64,000 bases of DNA, from contig CAYPUJ010000002.1 in assembly GCA_964413805.1 (NCBI GenBank), forward strand, positions 2,045 to 66,044, read 5' to 3'. Of this stretch, positions 47,607 to 58,691 are shown one piece after another (within the stretch, counting starts at the first letter, position 1; each line of letters opens with the position of its first letter). The position numbers and the translations under genes are program-made. Under the pieces are notes generated by a model, which was given only the letters and a program-made list of their open reading frames with translations, was not told the DNA's origin and did not search any database. Origin of the DNA: an uncultured Bacteroides sp. GTDB taxonomy: Bacteria; Bacteroidota; Bacteroidia; Bacteroidales; Bacteroidaceae.

Positions 47607-50459
47607 TCAATGCGCCTCCAACCAGTTCTTTCCCCAGCCGCAATCGGCCTTGAGCGGTACCTGAAGGGGGTAGGCACGTTCCATTTCCTCGATTACGATT
47701 TTTTCCACAATCGCCTTTTCCTCTTTGGGAACGCTGAAATTCAGCTCGTCATGCACCTGCAAAATCATCTTTGCTTTCAGATTGTAAGCAAGGAACTGCT
47801 GCCGGATGCGTGCCATAGCCACTTTGATGATGTCTGCGGCACTTCCCTGGATGGGCGCGTTGATGGCATTCCGCTCCGCATATCCCCGCACGGTGGCATT
47901 CCGCGAATTGATGTCGGGCAGGTAGCGTTTGCGGTGGAAGATGGTTTCCACATATCCCTGCTCGCGTGCCACCCGGATGCTGTGCTCCATGTAAGCCTTC
48001 ACCTGCGGGTAGGTTTCAAAATATCCGTCGATGAGTTCCCTGGCTTCCTTGCGGTCCACGTTCATACGCTCGGCCAGCCCGAAGGTGGAGATGCCGTAGA
48101 TGATGCCGAAATTGGCCGTCTTCGCCTTGCGCCGCATGTCGCGGGTGACGGCTTCGATGTCCACCTTATATATTCTGGCAGCAGTGGCCGCATGGATGTC
48201 GTGCCCGCTGCGGAAGGCTTCTATCATGTTGGGGTCTCCGCTCAGGTGCGCCATGATGCGCAGTTCGATTTGCGAATAGTCCGCCGAGAAAAACTCGCAG
48301 CCGTCGTCGGGGATGAATGCCTTGCGTATCTCCTTGCCGTCTTCGTCGCGGATGGGGATGTTCTGCAGGTTGGGGTTGCTGGAACTGAGCCGTCCCGTGG
48401 CAGTGACCGCCTGGTTGAAGGAAGTGTGGATGCGTCCCGTGTGCGGGTTCACCAGTTGGGGCAGGGCTTCGATGTAGGTGCCGAGCAGTTTCTTCAGTCC
48501 GCGATGCTCCAGTATTTTTTCCACGACGGCGTGCTTGTTGCGCAGGCTTTCCAGCACTTCTTCGTTGGTGACATATTGCCCGGTCTTGGTCTTGCGGGGC
48601 TTGTCCACTATCTTCAGGTGGTCGAACAGCACTTCTCCCACTTGCTTGGGCGAGGCGATGTTGAACACTTCCCCTGCCAGTCCGTAGATGGATTGCTCGA
48701 TTTCGGCCAGCCGCTTCTGGAAGTGCAGAGCCGACTGTCTGAGTGCCCCGGTGTCGATGCGCACGCCGTTTCGCTCCATGTCCACCAGGACGGGGACGAG
48801 CGACATTTCGATGTCGCGGAACAACTGCTCGCCCCCTTGCCGTTTGAGTTCCTCTTCCAACACCTGCTTCAGCCGCAGCGTGATGTCGGCATCTTCGCAG
48901 GCATAACGGTAGACGGCTTCGGGCGGGAGGTCGCGCATGTTCTTCTGGCCTTTGCCGCGCGGGCCGATGAGTTCTTCGATGTGGATGGTGCGGTAGTGGA
49001 GGTAGATTTCGGCCAGATAGTCCATGTTGTGCCGGAGTTCGGGTTGCAGGACGTAGTGGGCCAGCATGGTGTCGAACAAGGGGCCTCGCACTTCCACTCC
49101 GTGGTTTTGCAACACGATGAGGTCGTACTTGATGTTTTGCCCCACCTTGAGCGAATGTTCGTTTTCGTAGAGCGGCCGCAGTTCGTCTACGATGCGGGTG
49201 GCTTCCTCGCGGTCGGCGGGCACAGGCACGTAGTAGGCGCGGTTTTCGGCATCGCTGAAGCTCATGCCCACCAGTTCGGCGGCCATTGGCTCGGTTCCGG
49301 TGGTTTCCGTGTCTATTGCGAGAATTTCCGTTGTAAGCAACTTTTGAATCATTTCCGCTCTTTTCTCCTTGCTGTCAACCAGTTGGTAGTCTGCAACCGC
49401 CTCGTCAAAACGCGCGAGATTTGAATTTTCTGCGTCGCCTGTCCCCTCGGTCGTAAATTTCGCAAGCAAATCGCCTTTCGCATCGGCTGTTGCGGCGGGG
49501 TTCGTGACTGTTTGGGCAAAAAGAGTTCCCGCGTAGGGATCGGCTGCCTGACCGGTGGGGACGGAGTAGGGTGGGGGAGTGGCTTCCTTCCGCAACACCC
49601 GTCCCAGGAGCGAGCGGAACTCCAGTTCCTCAAACAGGACGCGCAAGGCATCTTCGTCGGGCGAGCGGCGCGTCAGTGCTTCCAGGTCAAGACGGATGGG
49701 AACGTCGGTCTTGATGGTAGCGAGGAATTTGGAGAAAACGATTTGTTCGCGGTTGGCTTCCACCTTGTTTTTGAGTGCCCCTTTCAGCTGGTGGGTGTTG
49801 TCCAGCAGGTTTTCGATGCTGCCGAACTGGGCAATCAGCTTTTGCGCCGTTTTCTCTCCCACGCCGGGACAGCCCGGAATGTTGTCCGAAGCGTCACCCA
49901 TCAGTCCCAGCATGTCGATGATTTGCTGCGTGGACTGTATGGCATACTTGGCCTTTACCTCCTCTGTGCCCATCACTTCGAAGCCGCCCGTGTGCTTGGG
50001 GCGGTATATATATACGTGTTCACCCACGAGTTGGCTATAGTCCTTGTCGGGAGTCATCATGTAGGTTTCGATGCCTTGCCGTCCGGCTTCGGTGGCCAGT
50101 GTGCCGATTACGTCGTCTGCTTCGTAGCCCGGAACTTCCAGGATGGGAATGCGGTAGGCACGGATGATGTCTTTTATAATAGGTACGGAAAGGCGGATGG
50201 CTTCCGGTGTTTCTTCGCGCTGGGCCTTGTAGAGTGCGTATGCTTCGTGCCGGAAAGTGGGTCCCGCAGGGTCGAACGCCACGCCGATGTAGGCAGGCTG
50301 TTCTTTTTTGAGCACTTCTTCCAAAGTATTGACGAAGCCCAGTATGGCCGATGTGTTGAGTCCCTTGGAATTGATGCGCGGATTTTTGATGAGTGCATAA
50401 TATGCGCGATAGATGAGCGCGTATGCGTCTAAAAGGAAAAGTTTGTCGGTTGAATGCAT
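47607..50459 (-). CDS. polA: DNA polymerase I
   Basis: LLDAYALIYRAYY 5'-3' exonuclease, DTET 3'-5' exonuclease, DYSQIELR, QVHDEL. Confidence 0.98.
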   Translation of the reverse strand: MHSTDKLFLLDAYALIYRAYYALIKNPRINSKGLNTSAILGFVNTLEEVLKKEQPAYIGVAFDPAGPTFRHEAYALYKAQREETPEAIRLSVPIIKDIIRAYRIPILEVPGYEADDVIGTLATEAGRQGIETYMMTPDKDYSQLVGEHVYIYRPKHTGGFEVMGTEEVKAKYAIQSTQQIIDMLGLMGDASDNIPGCPGVGEKTAQKLIAQFGSIENLLDNTHQLKGALKNKVEANREQIVFSKFLATIKTDVPIRLDLEALTRRSPDEDALRVLFEELEFRSLLGRVLRKEATPPPYSVPTGQAADPYAGTLFAQTVTNPAATADAKGDLLAKFTTEGTGDAENSNLARFDEAVADYQLVDSKEKRAEMIQKLLTTEILAIDTETTGTEPMAAELVGMSFSDAENRAYYVPVPADREEATRIVDELRPLYENEHSLKVGQNIKYDLIVLQNHGVEVRGPLFDTMLAHYVLQPELRHNMDYLAEIYLHYRTIHIEELIGPRGKGQKNMRDLPPEAVYRYACEDADITLRLKQVLEEELKRQGGEQLFRDIEMSLVPVLVDMERNGVRIDTGALRQSALHFQKRLAEIEQSIYGLAGEVFNIASPKQVGEVLFDHLKIVDKPRKTKTGQYVTNEEVLESLRNKHAVVEKILEHRGLKKLLGTYIEALPQLVNPHTGRIHTSFNQAVTATGRLSSSNPNLQNIPIRDEDGKEIRKAFIPDDGCEFFSADYSQIELRIMAHLSGDPNMIEAFRSGHDIHAATAARIYKVDIEAVTRDMRRKAKTANFGIIYGISTFGLAERMNVDRKEARELIDGYFETYPQVKAYMEHSIRVAREQGYVETIFHRKRYLPDINSRNATVRGYAERNAINAPIQGSAADIIKVAMARIRQQFLAYNLKAKMILQVHDELNFSVPKEEKAIVEKIVIEEMERAYPLQVPLKADCGWGKNWLEAH

Positions 50460-50545
50460 GAGATTGTCTTTTTTGGCTGGTAAAAGTACACAAAAAACAC
50501 GGTATTCGTTGTTTTATTACTATTTTTGTGCCCAAATTACAAGGC

Positions 50546-51523
50546 ATGGATAACTCATCGAACATAACCTCTCCCATATCTGCTGAACTGGAAGACTTCA
50601 GGCAAGTTTTTGCCGGTTCTCTTTCCGGCTCCTCCAATCCGTTGTTGGATCAAGTCATTGCACATCTCCGCCGGAAGCAGGGAAAGCTGATGCGCCCCAT
50701 CCTTGTATTGCTCACTGCCAGACTGCACGGGAACATCCAGCCGGCCACGCTCCATGCCGCCGTATCTCTGGAACTGCTGCACACCGCCAGTCTGGTGCAC
50801 GACGATGTGGTGGACGAGAGTGAGGAGCGGCGCGGGCAACCTTCGGTGAATACAGCCTTTGGCAACAAAGTGGCTGTTCTCACCGGGGATTATCTGTTGG
50901 CCACCGCTTTGTTGCAGGTGGAGCAGACCCGCAATCACGACATCATCGAGGTGGTTTCCCTTTTGGGACAAGACCTGGCCGAAGGCGAACTGCTGCAACT
51001 CTCCAACGTGCGCAACCTTTCCTATTCCGAACAGGAGTATTTCGACGTGATTCGCAAGAAGACCGCCGCACTCTTTGCTGCCTGTACCAAGTCGGCTGCC
51101 TTGTCAGTGGGTGCGGATGCTGAGTGGGTGGAAAAGTCAAGGCTGTTTGGCGAGTACACGGGCATTTGCTTCCAGATAAAGGACGACATATTCGATTACT
51201 ACGACAATCCGCAGATAGGCAAGCCCACGGGCAACGACATGCTCGAAGGCAAACTCACCTTGCCCGTGCTCTATGTGCTCAACGCCCGTCCTAACCGGGA
51301 GGTACAGCAACTGGCCGCCCGTGTCAAGCAAGGTACGGCAACTCCCGATGAAATCGTCCGTTTGGTGGCATTGACCAAAGCCGAGGGTGGTATTGAATAT
51401 GCCACCCAAGTGATGTATGCCTATCGTGACCGTGCCCTTCAACTGCTGGCACACCTGCCGGAAACACCCGTGCGCCGCGCCCTGGAAACTTATCTGGACT
51501 ACGTGGTGGAGCGGGAAAAATAA
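50546..51523 (+). CDS. ispB: Polyprenyl (octaprenyl) diphosphate synthase
   Basis: GKLMRP, LVHDDVVD (FARM), FQIKDDIFD (SARM). Confidence 0.88.
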   Translation: MDNSSNITSPISAELEDFRQVFAGSLSGSSNPLLDQVIAHLRRKQGKLMRPILVLLTARLHGNIQPATLHAAVSLELLHTASLVHDDVVDESEERRGQPSVNTAFGNKVAVLTGDYLLATALLQVEQTRNHDIIEVVSLLGQDLAEGELLQLSNVRNLSYSEQEYFDVIRKKTAALFAACTKSAALSVGADAEWVEKSRLFGEYTGICFQIKDDIFDYYDNPQIGKPTGNDMLEGKLTLPVLYVLNARPNREVQQLAARVKQGTATPDEIVRLVALTKAEGGIEYATQVMYAYRDRALQLLAHLPETPVRRALETYLDYVVEREK

Positions 51524-51531
51524 AAAAGACA

Positions 51532-51608
51532 CCACGGGCTACAAACTCCAGGTAAACCCTTTGGCAATTCCATTGGGTATATGCCTGCCTGCAGTTTGTA
51601 GCCCGTGG
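51532..51608. repeat. Inverted repeat, probable bidirectional terminator between convergent genes
   Basis: CCACGGGCTACAAACT / AGTTTGTAGCCCGTGG, 16-bp perfect. Confidence 0.75.
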
Positions 51609-51620
51609 CTTGTTTCAGGC

Positions 51621-52523
51621 TTAGAAGAACTTTGTCTCCTTGCCCACGATGTCGCTCAGCAGGAGATTGGCTAGTCGGCTGGTGCCCAAACGGAAGAGCG
51701 AGTTGTTCAGCCATTCCGTGCCCAACACTTCCTTCACAATGGTATAGTACGTCAATGCGTCGCGCACCGTGTTCAGTCCGCCGGCGGGCTTGAATCCGAT
51801 GCGGATGCCGGTCTGTTCGTAATATTCGCGGATGGCCCGGCACATTACGTAGGCCGCTTCCGGTGTGGCTGCGGGCTGCTGTTTTCCGGTGCTTGTCTTG
51901 ATGAAGTCTGCCCCGGCATACATCGATAGAATCGAGGCTTTCTTGATGTTTTCTGCCGTGCGCAAGGCACCTGTTTCGAGGATGACTTTCAGGCGGTGCT
52001 CCTTGCAGGTTTCCTTCAACTCCTGTATCTCGTCGCACATGGCTTCGTAGTCTCCGCTGAGGAATTTTCCCACACTGATGACGACATCGATCTCGTCTGC
52101 TCCTGCCACCAGGGCCAATGCCGTTTCGGCCACTTTCACTTCGGGGAAGGTCTGTGACGACGGAAACCCACCCGATACGCAGGCAATCTGCACATCTTCC
52201 ACCTCTAAGGTGGCGCGTACTATTTCGGCAAAGTTGGGATAGGCACAGATGGCTGCCACGTTCCGGAGTTGCGGGAACTCCTCGTCGAAACAGTTCACTT
52301 GTTGGGTGAAGCGCATCACGCTTTGGTCCGAATCTTCGGTGCGCAGGGTGGTGAGGTCGATGCAGTGGAAAAGGAACTTCTTCACTTCCGGCGTATCGTT
52401 TTCGGGCAGGTGTTTTTCGATGATTCCGGCCGTTTCTGCGGCTACTTGTGCGTCATCCAGGCGGGTGTCATACTTCGACAGAGCCGCTTCGTACTTGTTC
52501 TGGGTTGCTTCATTCTGCTCCAT
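51621..52523 (-). CDS. deoC: Deoxyribose-phosphate aldolase
   Basis: IDLTTL, GADEIDVV, LKVILETG, ADFIKTSTGK, FKPAGG. Confidence 0.95.
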   Translation of the reverse strand: MEQNEATQNKYEAALSKYDTRLDDAQVAAETAGIIEKHLPENDTPEVKKFLFHCIDLTTLRTEDSDQSVMRFTQQVNCFDEEFPQLRNVAAICAYPNFAEIVRATLEVEDVQIACVSGGFPSSQTFPEVKVAETALALVAGADEIDVVISVGKFLSGDYEAMCDEIQELKETCKEHRLKVILETGALRTAENIKKASILSMYAGADFIKTSTGKQQPAATPEAAYVMCRAIREYYEQTGIRIGFKPAGGLNTVRDALTYYTIVKEVLGTEWLNNSLFRLGTSRLANLLLSDIVGKETKFF

Positions 52524-52848
52524 GTTCAGTCAGTTTTGGGTTATTGATATGTCGTTTCCGGTCTCTCCGTGTTTTCTTTCCGATGGTTTGGCGGAAGGCT
52601 TCCGTCAGATCTACGCCTGTTTGGTTGGCAATGCAGAGCAGCACCCAAAATACGTCGGCTATTTCTTCGTCCAGGTTTTCCTTCTCGCCGGGCTTGAACG
52701 ATTGGTCTCCGTATTTCCGTGCCATGACACGGGCCAGTTCGCCCACTTCCTCGGTCAGTACGGCCATGTTGGTGAGTTCGCTGAAGTAGCGCACGCCATA
52801 CGTCCGTATCCAGTTGTCCACCTCTTGTTGTGCTTCTTTGATGGTCAT
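52510..52848 (-). CDS. MazG-like nucleotide pyrophosphohydrolase
   Basis: LTEEVGELAR...EEIADV. Confidence 0.9.
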   Translation of the reverse strand: MTIKEAQQEVDNWIRTYGVRYFSELTNMAVLTEEVGELARVMARKYGDQSFKPGEKENLDEEIADVFWVLLCIANQTGVDLTEAFRQTIGKKTRRDRKRHINNPKLTEHGAE

Positions 52849-52850
52849 TG

Positions 52851-53303
52851 CTATTCTTTGTTTTTGGTGTCCATGCAGATGGTGACGGGGCCGTCGTTCA
52901 GAAGCTCCACTTTCATGTCAGCTCCGAATTCACCGGTACCGACGGGCTTGCCCAGTGTCCGGGAAAGGCATTGGCAAAATGCGTCGTACAGCGGAACGGC
53001 GATTTCCGGGCCTGCGGCACGGATGTACGAGGGACGGTTTCCCTTCCTGGTGGATGCGTGCAGTGTGAACTGGCTTACCACGAGGATGTCTCCCCCTGTG
53101 TCGGCCACGGAACGGTTCATTACGCCGTTTTCATCGTCGAATATACGCAGGTTGACAATCTTTCTGCACAGCCATTCCGTGTCCTCCTGTCCGTCGGTGT
53201 CTTCGATGCCCACAAGCACCAGCAGTCCCTTGCCGATGGCAGACTTCACCCGCCCGTCAATGCTGACTGTGGCGTGGGCCACACGTTGTATCACTACTCT
53301 CAT
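52851..53303 (-). CDS. dtd: D-aminoacyl-tRNA deacylase
   Basis: [19 protein letters not shown]. Confidence 0.96.
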   Translation of the reverse strand: MRVVIQRVAHATVSIDGRVKSAIGKGLLVLVGIEDTDGQEDTEWLCRKIVNLRIFDDENGVMNRSVADTGGDILVVSQFTLHASTRKGNRPSYIRAAGPEIAVPLYDAFCQCLSRTLGKPVGTGEFGADMKVELLNDGPVTICMDTKNKE

Positions 53304-53385
53304 ATTGATTCCCGATGAGGTTGGTTCGTTTCGCAAAGGTAAGATAAAAATCCGCCTTTTCGGATTGCCTCGCGCTAAAAAAGGT

Positions 53386-55221
53386 TTATTCGGACTTCCC
53401 GTTTGTTCTGCCGAAGTGTTCTTCCAGCAATCGTGTTTTGGCTTCGCCCACCACAGCTGCAATTTCTTCGTGTGCCGCTTCGCGGATGCGTTTCACGCTC
53501 TTGAATGTATGCAACAGGGCTTCTTTGGCTTTTGGGCCGATGCCGCGTATGCTGTCCAGTTCCGAGGCTATCTGCCGTTTGCTGCGCTTTTCGCGGTGGA
53601 AGGTGATGGCATAACGGTGCACTTCGTCCTGGATGCGCGTCATCAACTGGAAGAGGGGCGTGCCCTGTTTCATGCCGATGGTGCGCGGCGGAAATCCGAA
53701 AAGCAGTTCCGAAGTCCGGTGGCGGTTGTCCTTGGCCAGTCCGGCAATGGGGATGTCCAGCTTCAGTTCGTCCATCACTTCCTTCACCGCACTCATCTGC
53801 CCCTTTCCACCGTCGGTTATGAGCAGGTCGGGTAGGGGAGAGTCTTCTTCAACGGCGCGTTGATAGCGGCGTCTCACCACTTCCTGCATCGAGGCGTAGT
53901 CATCGGGACCTTCCACCGTCTTGATGTTGTACTTCCGATAGTCCTGTTTCGAGGGTTTTCCCTTGACGAACACCACGCACCCGGCCACGGGGTCGGAACC
54001 TTGCGTGTTCGAGTTGTCGAAGCATTCGATGCGCAGGGGCAGGCGTTCCAGGTGCAGTGCCTCCTGTATTTCTTTCAGCAGGCGTGTGGTGCGTTGTTCG
54101 GGGTTCAGCTTGTCCGACTGTTTGAGGCGGTCGGCCTTGTATTGCTTCACGTTGAGGATGGAAAGTTCGAGCAACGTTTTCTTGTCGCCCCGCTGCGGCA
54201 CGGTGAATACGGTGTCTTTTAACTCGATGCCCGGTTCAAAAGGCACGATGATTTCGTGGGAGCGGCTCTTGTAGCGTTCCCGCATTTCCACGATGCCCAG
54301 GGCCAGCAGTTCTTCTTTGGTTTCATTGAGCCGCTTCTTATACTCGAAAGTGAATGCCTGGTTGATGGTGCCGTTGGTGATGTGCAGGTAATTGATGTAA
54401 GCCGCCCTGTTCTCGTCATCCTCTTCGATGGCAAACACGTCGATGTTGTGAAGCAGGTTGTTCACCACCTCCGACTTGGAGCGGAAGTTCTCAATCAGCA
54501 GGTATTTTTCTTTCACCGCCTGTGCTTCTTCGAACCGCATATCCGCAGCCAACGCCTGCATCTGCCGGTAGAGCATCTTTCCCACTTCCTGCGCGTCGCC
54601 TTTGAGGATGCGCTTGATGTCTTCGATGTTCTTCATGTACTCTTCCTGGCTTTGCAGCCCGACGCAAGGTCCCGCACAGTTCTTGATGTGATACTCCAGG
54701 CAGACCTTGAAACGTCCCTCGCGGATGTTTTCGGGCGTGAGTTTGAAGTGGCAGGTGCGCAACGGATAGAGCTTTTTGATGAGGTCGAGCACCGTGTTCA
54801 TGGCAGGAATGTGGCTGTAGGGTCCGTAGTAAGACGAACCGTCGCGCACGATTCTCCGTGTCTTGAATACCCTGGGGAAATAGCCGTTCTCCACGCAGAT
54901 GGAGGGGTAGGTCTTGTCGTCTTTCAGCAAGACGTTGTAGCGGGGCCTGTATTTCTTGATGAGGTTGTTCTCCAGCAGCAGGGCATCCTCTTCCGTCTTG
55001 ACCACGATGTAGCGGATGTCTGCTATCTTGCCGACCAGCACGCGCGTTTTTCCCGGTTCGTGCTCGCGGTTGAAGTAGGAAGAGACGCGGCGTTTGAGGT
55101 TCTTCGCCTTCCCCACATAGATGATGGTTCCCTCGCTGTCCAGGTATTGGTACACGCCGGGTGTGTCGGGCAGGTTGAGCACGATGCCTCGCAGGTAGTC
55201 GTTGGCTTTGAGTTCTTCCAT
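53386..55221 (-). CDS. uvrC: Excinuclease ABC subunit C
   Basis: GIY-YIG domain [25 protein letters not shown], HhH. Confidence 0.97.
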   Translation of the reverse strand: MEELKANDYLRGIVLNLPDTPGVYQYLDSEGTIIYVGKAKNLKRRVSSYFNREHEPGKTRVLVGKIADIRYIVVKTEEDALLLENNLIKKYRPRYNVLLKDDKTYPSICVENGYFPRVFKTRRIVRDGSSYYGPYSHIPAMNTVLDLIKKLYPLRTCHFKLTPENIREGRFKVCLEYHIKNCAGPCVGLQSQEEYMKNIEDIKRILKGDAQEVGKMLYRQMQALAADMRFEEAQAVKEKYLLIENFRSKSEVVNNLLHNIDVFAIEEDDENRAAYINYLHITNGTINQAFTFEYKKRLNETKEELLALGIVEMRERYKSRSHEIIVPFEPGIELKDTVFTVPQRGDKKTLLELSILNVKQYKADRLKQSDKLNPEQRTTRLLKEIQEALHLERLPLRIECFDNSNTQGSDPVAGCVVFVKGKPSKQDYRKYNIKTVEGPDDYASMQEVVRRRYQRAVEEDSPLPDLLITDGGKGQMSAVKEVMDELKLDIPIAGLAKDNRHRTSELLFGFPPRTIGMKQGTPLFQLMTRIQDEVHRYAITFHREKRSKRQIASELDSIRGIGPKAKEALLHTFKSVKRIREAAHEEIAAVVGEAKTRLLEEHFGRTNGKSE

Positions 55222-55242
55222 GCGGTGTGTCCTGTTCGGTTC

Positions 55243-55767
55243 TTACAGGCTGATTACGGCCTGAATGTCGGTCTCCGGCTCGAATGCGTCGCGCCCGTGC
55301 AGGGCTTCCAGTTCGATGAGGAAGTTGACGTACATCTTGCGCGGATGCATCTGCTTCACCAGCTTGCAGGCGGCTATCATGGTACCGCCGGTGGCGAGCA
55401 GGTCGTCGTGCAGCAGTACTACGTCGTTTTCTCCGATGGCATCTTTGTGCATCTGTATGGTGTCCTTGCCATACTCCTTGTCGTAGCTTTCTTCGATGGT
55501 TTCTGCGGGCAGCTTGCCGGGCTTTCGGATAGGCACGAATCCTGCCCCCAGCCGTGTAGCAAGAATGGGACCCATGATGAAGCCTCTGGACTCGATGCCC
55601 ACCACTTTGGTGATACCTTTGTCCTTGTACATCTCATACAGTATGTCCGAAAGCTCTTGCAGAGAAGCGGCATCCTTGAGCAGGGTGGTGACATCGTAGA
55701 ACAGAATGCCGGGAATGGGGAAATCCGGTATTTCCCGAATGCTTTTGCGTAATGTTTCTTTGTTCAT
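55243..55767 (-). CDS. apt: Adenine phosphoribosyltransferase
   Basis: DFPIPGILFYD, RKPGKLP, DDLLATGGT. Confidence 0.96.
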   Translation of the reverse strand: MNKETLRKSIREIPDFPIPGILFYDVTTLLKDAASLQELSDILYEMYKDKGITKVVGIESRGFIMGPILATRLGAGFVPIRKPGKLPAETIEESYDKEYGKDTIQMHKDAIGENDVVLLHDDLLATGGTMIAACKLVKQMHPRKMYVNFLIELEALHGRDAFEPETDIQAVISL

Positions 55768-55801
55768 AATCAGTGTTTTTTATTCTATTTGTTGAATCGT
55801 T

Positions 55802-55817
55802 TGTTTCACGTGGAACA
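55802..55817. other. parS centromere-like site
   Basis: TGTTTCACGTGGAACA; its reverse complement TGTTCCACGTGAAACA is the canonical parS sequence. Confidence 0.85.
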
Positions 55818-55828
55818 GCCGCCTTGAT

Positions 55829-57706
55829 TCATCTGCCCAGCAGCACCAGCAGCACGTTGATGTCACTTGGTGAGACACCGGGAATCCGGCTGGCTTGGGC
55901 GATGGTCTCCGGGTCTATCTTGACCAGCTTTTGCCGCGCCTCGGTAGAGAGCGACTGGATGGAATTGTAGTCGAAGCGTCCTTTGATTTTGATGTTCTCC
56001 AGGCGGGACAGTTTGTCGGCTATCTGCCGTTCGCGTCCGATGTATCCTTCGTACTTTATCAGTATCTCTGTGGCCTCGATGATTTCTTCTTTCCGTTCGT
56101 CTTCTATGCTGTCCAGTCTGCGCTGCAGGGCGGCTATGTGCCGTGCCAGGTTGGTCAGGGTGATTTGCGGCCGGTTGACAAGTTCCACCAGCTTGCAGCC
56201 CTGTCGGAGTGGGGTGGTGCCCAGTTGCTCCAGCGCGGGGTTAATGAGTGCAGGCTTGATGGAGTAGGTGCGTGCAAACTCCACCAGGCTTCCGATGGTC
56301 TCGCGCTTGCGTTTCAGCAGTTCGTAGCGGTCTGCCTTGGCCAGCCCGATGTGGTACGCTTTCTCGGTGAGACGCATGTCTGCGTCGTCCATGCGGAGCA
56401 GGATGCGGTACTCTGCACGCGAGGTGAACATGCGGTAAGGCTCGTCTACGCCTTTTGTCACAAGGTCGTCGATGAGCACGCCTATGTATGCTTCGTCGCG
56501 TGCCAATGTGAAAGGTGTACCGCCGTGACAGTTGATGTGGGCATTGATGCCGGCCACGATGCCTTGTCCTGCGGCTTCCTCGTATCCGGTGGTGCCGTTC
56601 ACCTGTCCGGCGAAGAAGAGGTTGCGGATTTTCTTTGTTTCCAGCGTGTGCTTCAGTTGGGTGGGGTCGAAGTAGTCATACTCGATGGCATAGCCCGGGC
56701 GGTAAATCACCAGGTCGCGGAAGGCGGGAATCTGTTTCAAGGCCGCCACCTGTATCTCCATCGGCAGGGACGAAGAAAAACCGTTCAGGTAAAGTTCCTG
56801 CGTGCTTTCTCCTTCCGGCTCCAGGAAAAGCTGGTGCTGCCCCTTGTCGGGGAAAGTGACGATTTTGGTTTCTATGCTGGGGCAGTAACGTGGCCCGATG
56901 CTTTGGATTTGCCCGTTGTAGAGGGGCGAGTCGGGCAGTCCCTGCCGGAGGATGCGATGCACCTCCTCGTTGGTGTAGCACGTCCAGCACGGGCGTTGCT
57001 TGAGCCGGCGGGGCGGCGTGTTCATGAAGGAAAACTTGTGGAAGTCCGTTTCACCGTTTTGTACTTCCATGTCCTCGTAGTGGACGCTGCGTCCGTCGAT
57101 GCGCACGGGTGTGCCCGTTTTCATCCGTCCGTAGACAAGGCCGTGGCGTGCGATGGATTCGGTCAGCTGGTAGGAGGCCGGTTCGGCCATGCGTCCGCCG
57201 GGGAGCATGGTGCGCCCCACGTGCATCAGCCCGTTGAGGAATGTACCTGCCGTGAGAACCACGCAACGTGCGCGAAAGGTCACTCCCCAGGCTGTGCGCA
57301 CGCCGGTGACTTCGCCGTTTTCCACCAGTACTTCCAGCACCGTGTCCTGCCAGATGTGCAGGTTGGGAATGTTTTCCAGCACCTTCCGCCACTCCCAGAT
57401 GAATTTTCCCCGGTCGCACTGCGCCCGTGGGCTCCACATGGCGGGACCTTTGGAACGGTTCAGAATGCGGAACTGGATGGCCGTCCGGTCAGTCACCAGC
57501 CCCATGTATCCGCCCAGTGCATCCACCTCGCACACGATTTGCCCTTTGGCGATTCCTCCCACGGCGGGGTTGCAGCTCATCTGGGCTATTTTATTCATGT
57601 CCATCGTAATGAGGCATGTCTTTGAACCCAGGTTGGCGGCGGCGGCAGCGGCTTCGCACCCGGCGTGCCCGCCGCCGATAACGATGATGTCGTATTTACA
57701 TTCCAT
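55829..57706 (-). CDS. mnmG: tRNA U34 carboxymethylaminomethyl modification enzyme MnmG (GidA)
   Basis: GGGHAGCEAA, MSCNPAVGG, GPRYCPSIE, AGQVNGTTGYEEA. Confidence 0.98.
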   Translation of the reverse strand: MECKYDIIVIGGGHAGCEAAAAAANLGSKTCLITMDMNKIAQMSCNPAVGGIAKGQIVCEVDALGGYMGLVTDRTAIQFRILNRSKGPAMWSPRAQCDRGKFIWEWRKVLENIPNLHIWQDTVLEVLVENGEVTGVRTAWGVTFRARCVVLTAGTFLNGLMHVGRTMLPGGRMAEPASYQLTESIARHGLVYGRMKTGTPVRIDGRSVHYEDMEVQNGETDFHKFSFMNTPPRRLKQRPCWTCYTNEEVHRILRQGLPDSPLYNGQIQSIGPRYCPSIETKIVTFPDKGQHQLFLEPEGESTQELYLNGFSSSLPMEIQVAALKQIPAFRDLVIYRPGYAIEYDYFDPTQLKHTLETKKIRNLFFAGQVNGTTGYEEAAGQGIVAGINAHINCHGGTPFTLARDEAYIGVLIDDLVTKGVDEPYRMFTSRAEYRILLRMDDADMRLTEKAYHIGLAKADRYELLKRKRETIGSLVEFARTYSIKPALINPALEQLGTTPLRQGCKLVELVNRPQITLTNLARHIAALQRRLDSIEDERKEEIIEATEILIKYEGYIGRERQIADKLSRLENIKIKGRFDYNSIQSLSTEARQKLVKIDPETIAQASRIPGVSPSDINVLLVLLGR

Positions 57707-57814
57707 GTTTTCTCTTTTTTCGTACCGCAAAGTTACGGACTTGTTCACAAAATGCTGCCCGTTGGTGGGAGTAATTTGTCCGGTTCGCCTTAAAATAGTG
57801 CCGGCAAATCATGC

Positions 57815-57864
57815 GAAAATCCGTTTCCCGGTCGGACTGTCCGCGAGCCGGAAAACGGATTTTC
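57815..57864 (-). terminator. Hairpin downstream of the lipoprotein gene
   Basis: GAAAATCCGTTT...AAACGGATTTTC. Confidence 0.6.
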
Positions 57865-57896
57865 ATTGTATGAGAGCGATGCCACGCTGGCAAGGG

Positions 57897-58691
57897 TCAG
57901 TATAGGGTCGGTATCAGGAAGTCCTCCAGCAGCGTCTGGTAGTGCAGGGTCACTTTGCCGCTCTGGGTGGTGGAGACAACCAGGTAGACATCAATCAAGT
58001 CGTCGCTTTTCGCGCCTGCGCTCAGAAAACTGTTGTAGAGCGACTCGTCGCTGTCTATCCGGAAGCAGAGCGGAGACGTGATGTCGGCATCGGTCGAGCT
58101 GCCGGGGTTGTAATAGAGGTGGAGCGTCAGCGAGCGGTTGTCTGCGTCCAGTTCGCTTTGCCCGTCATAATAGAGGGCGAAATAGGTGGCACTGGAATAA
58201 GAATAGGCAAAGGTGGCCACCATGTTGAGGTAGCCGTTCTGCACATAGAATTGCCCCTCCGTGGTGCTGACAGTCTGCACCGTCCTGTTTTTCACGCTGA
58301 GCGAGTCCTGCCCGCCGTCGATGTACACCTGGTCGCTGGTATCTACGTTCAGCGTAAAGCTGGGCAACTCCATGCAACCGTCCACGTCCAGCACGATGTC
58401 ATATTCGTTTCCCGCCACCAGGTCGTTGATGGTGAGCGTGGATTCTGCCAGCGAGAAGCTGATGCTGGCGCGGCGCACCAGGCGCAACTGCGGCAGGTCG
58501 GATATGTTGAGGGGATTCAGGATGACATCGAAATCCGTGTAAAGCCTGCAAGTGGAGGTAAGGTCTTCGTTCACCACCGTCACCGACAGCCCGCTGTAGG
58601 TTGTGGTCGTTTCGTCCGTTTCGGTGCAGGCCGTGAAAGACAACATGCACGAGAGGAACAAAATCAGGAAACTCAATGTAGACTTTTTCAT
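57897..58691 (-). CDS. Lipoprotein, NigD-like
   Basis: MKKS...SFTAC lipobox with an acidic +2 region; TD..VILNP, GYLNM, LTLHLYYN. Confidence 0.6.
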   Translation of the reverse strand: MKKSTLSFLILFLSCMLSFTACTETDETTTTYSGLSVTVVNEDLTSTCRLYTDFDVILNPLNISDLPQLRLVRRASISFSLAESTLTINDLVAGNEYDIVLDVDGCMELPSFTLNVDTSDQVYIDGGQDSLSVKNRTVQTVSTTEGQFYVQNGYLNMVATFAYSYSSATYFALYYDGQSELDADNRSLTLHLYYNPGSSTDADITSPLCFRIDSDESLYNSFLSAGAKSDDLIDVYLVVSTTQSGKVTLHYQTLLEDFLIPTLY

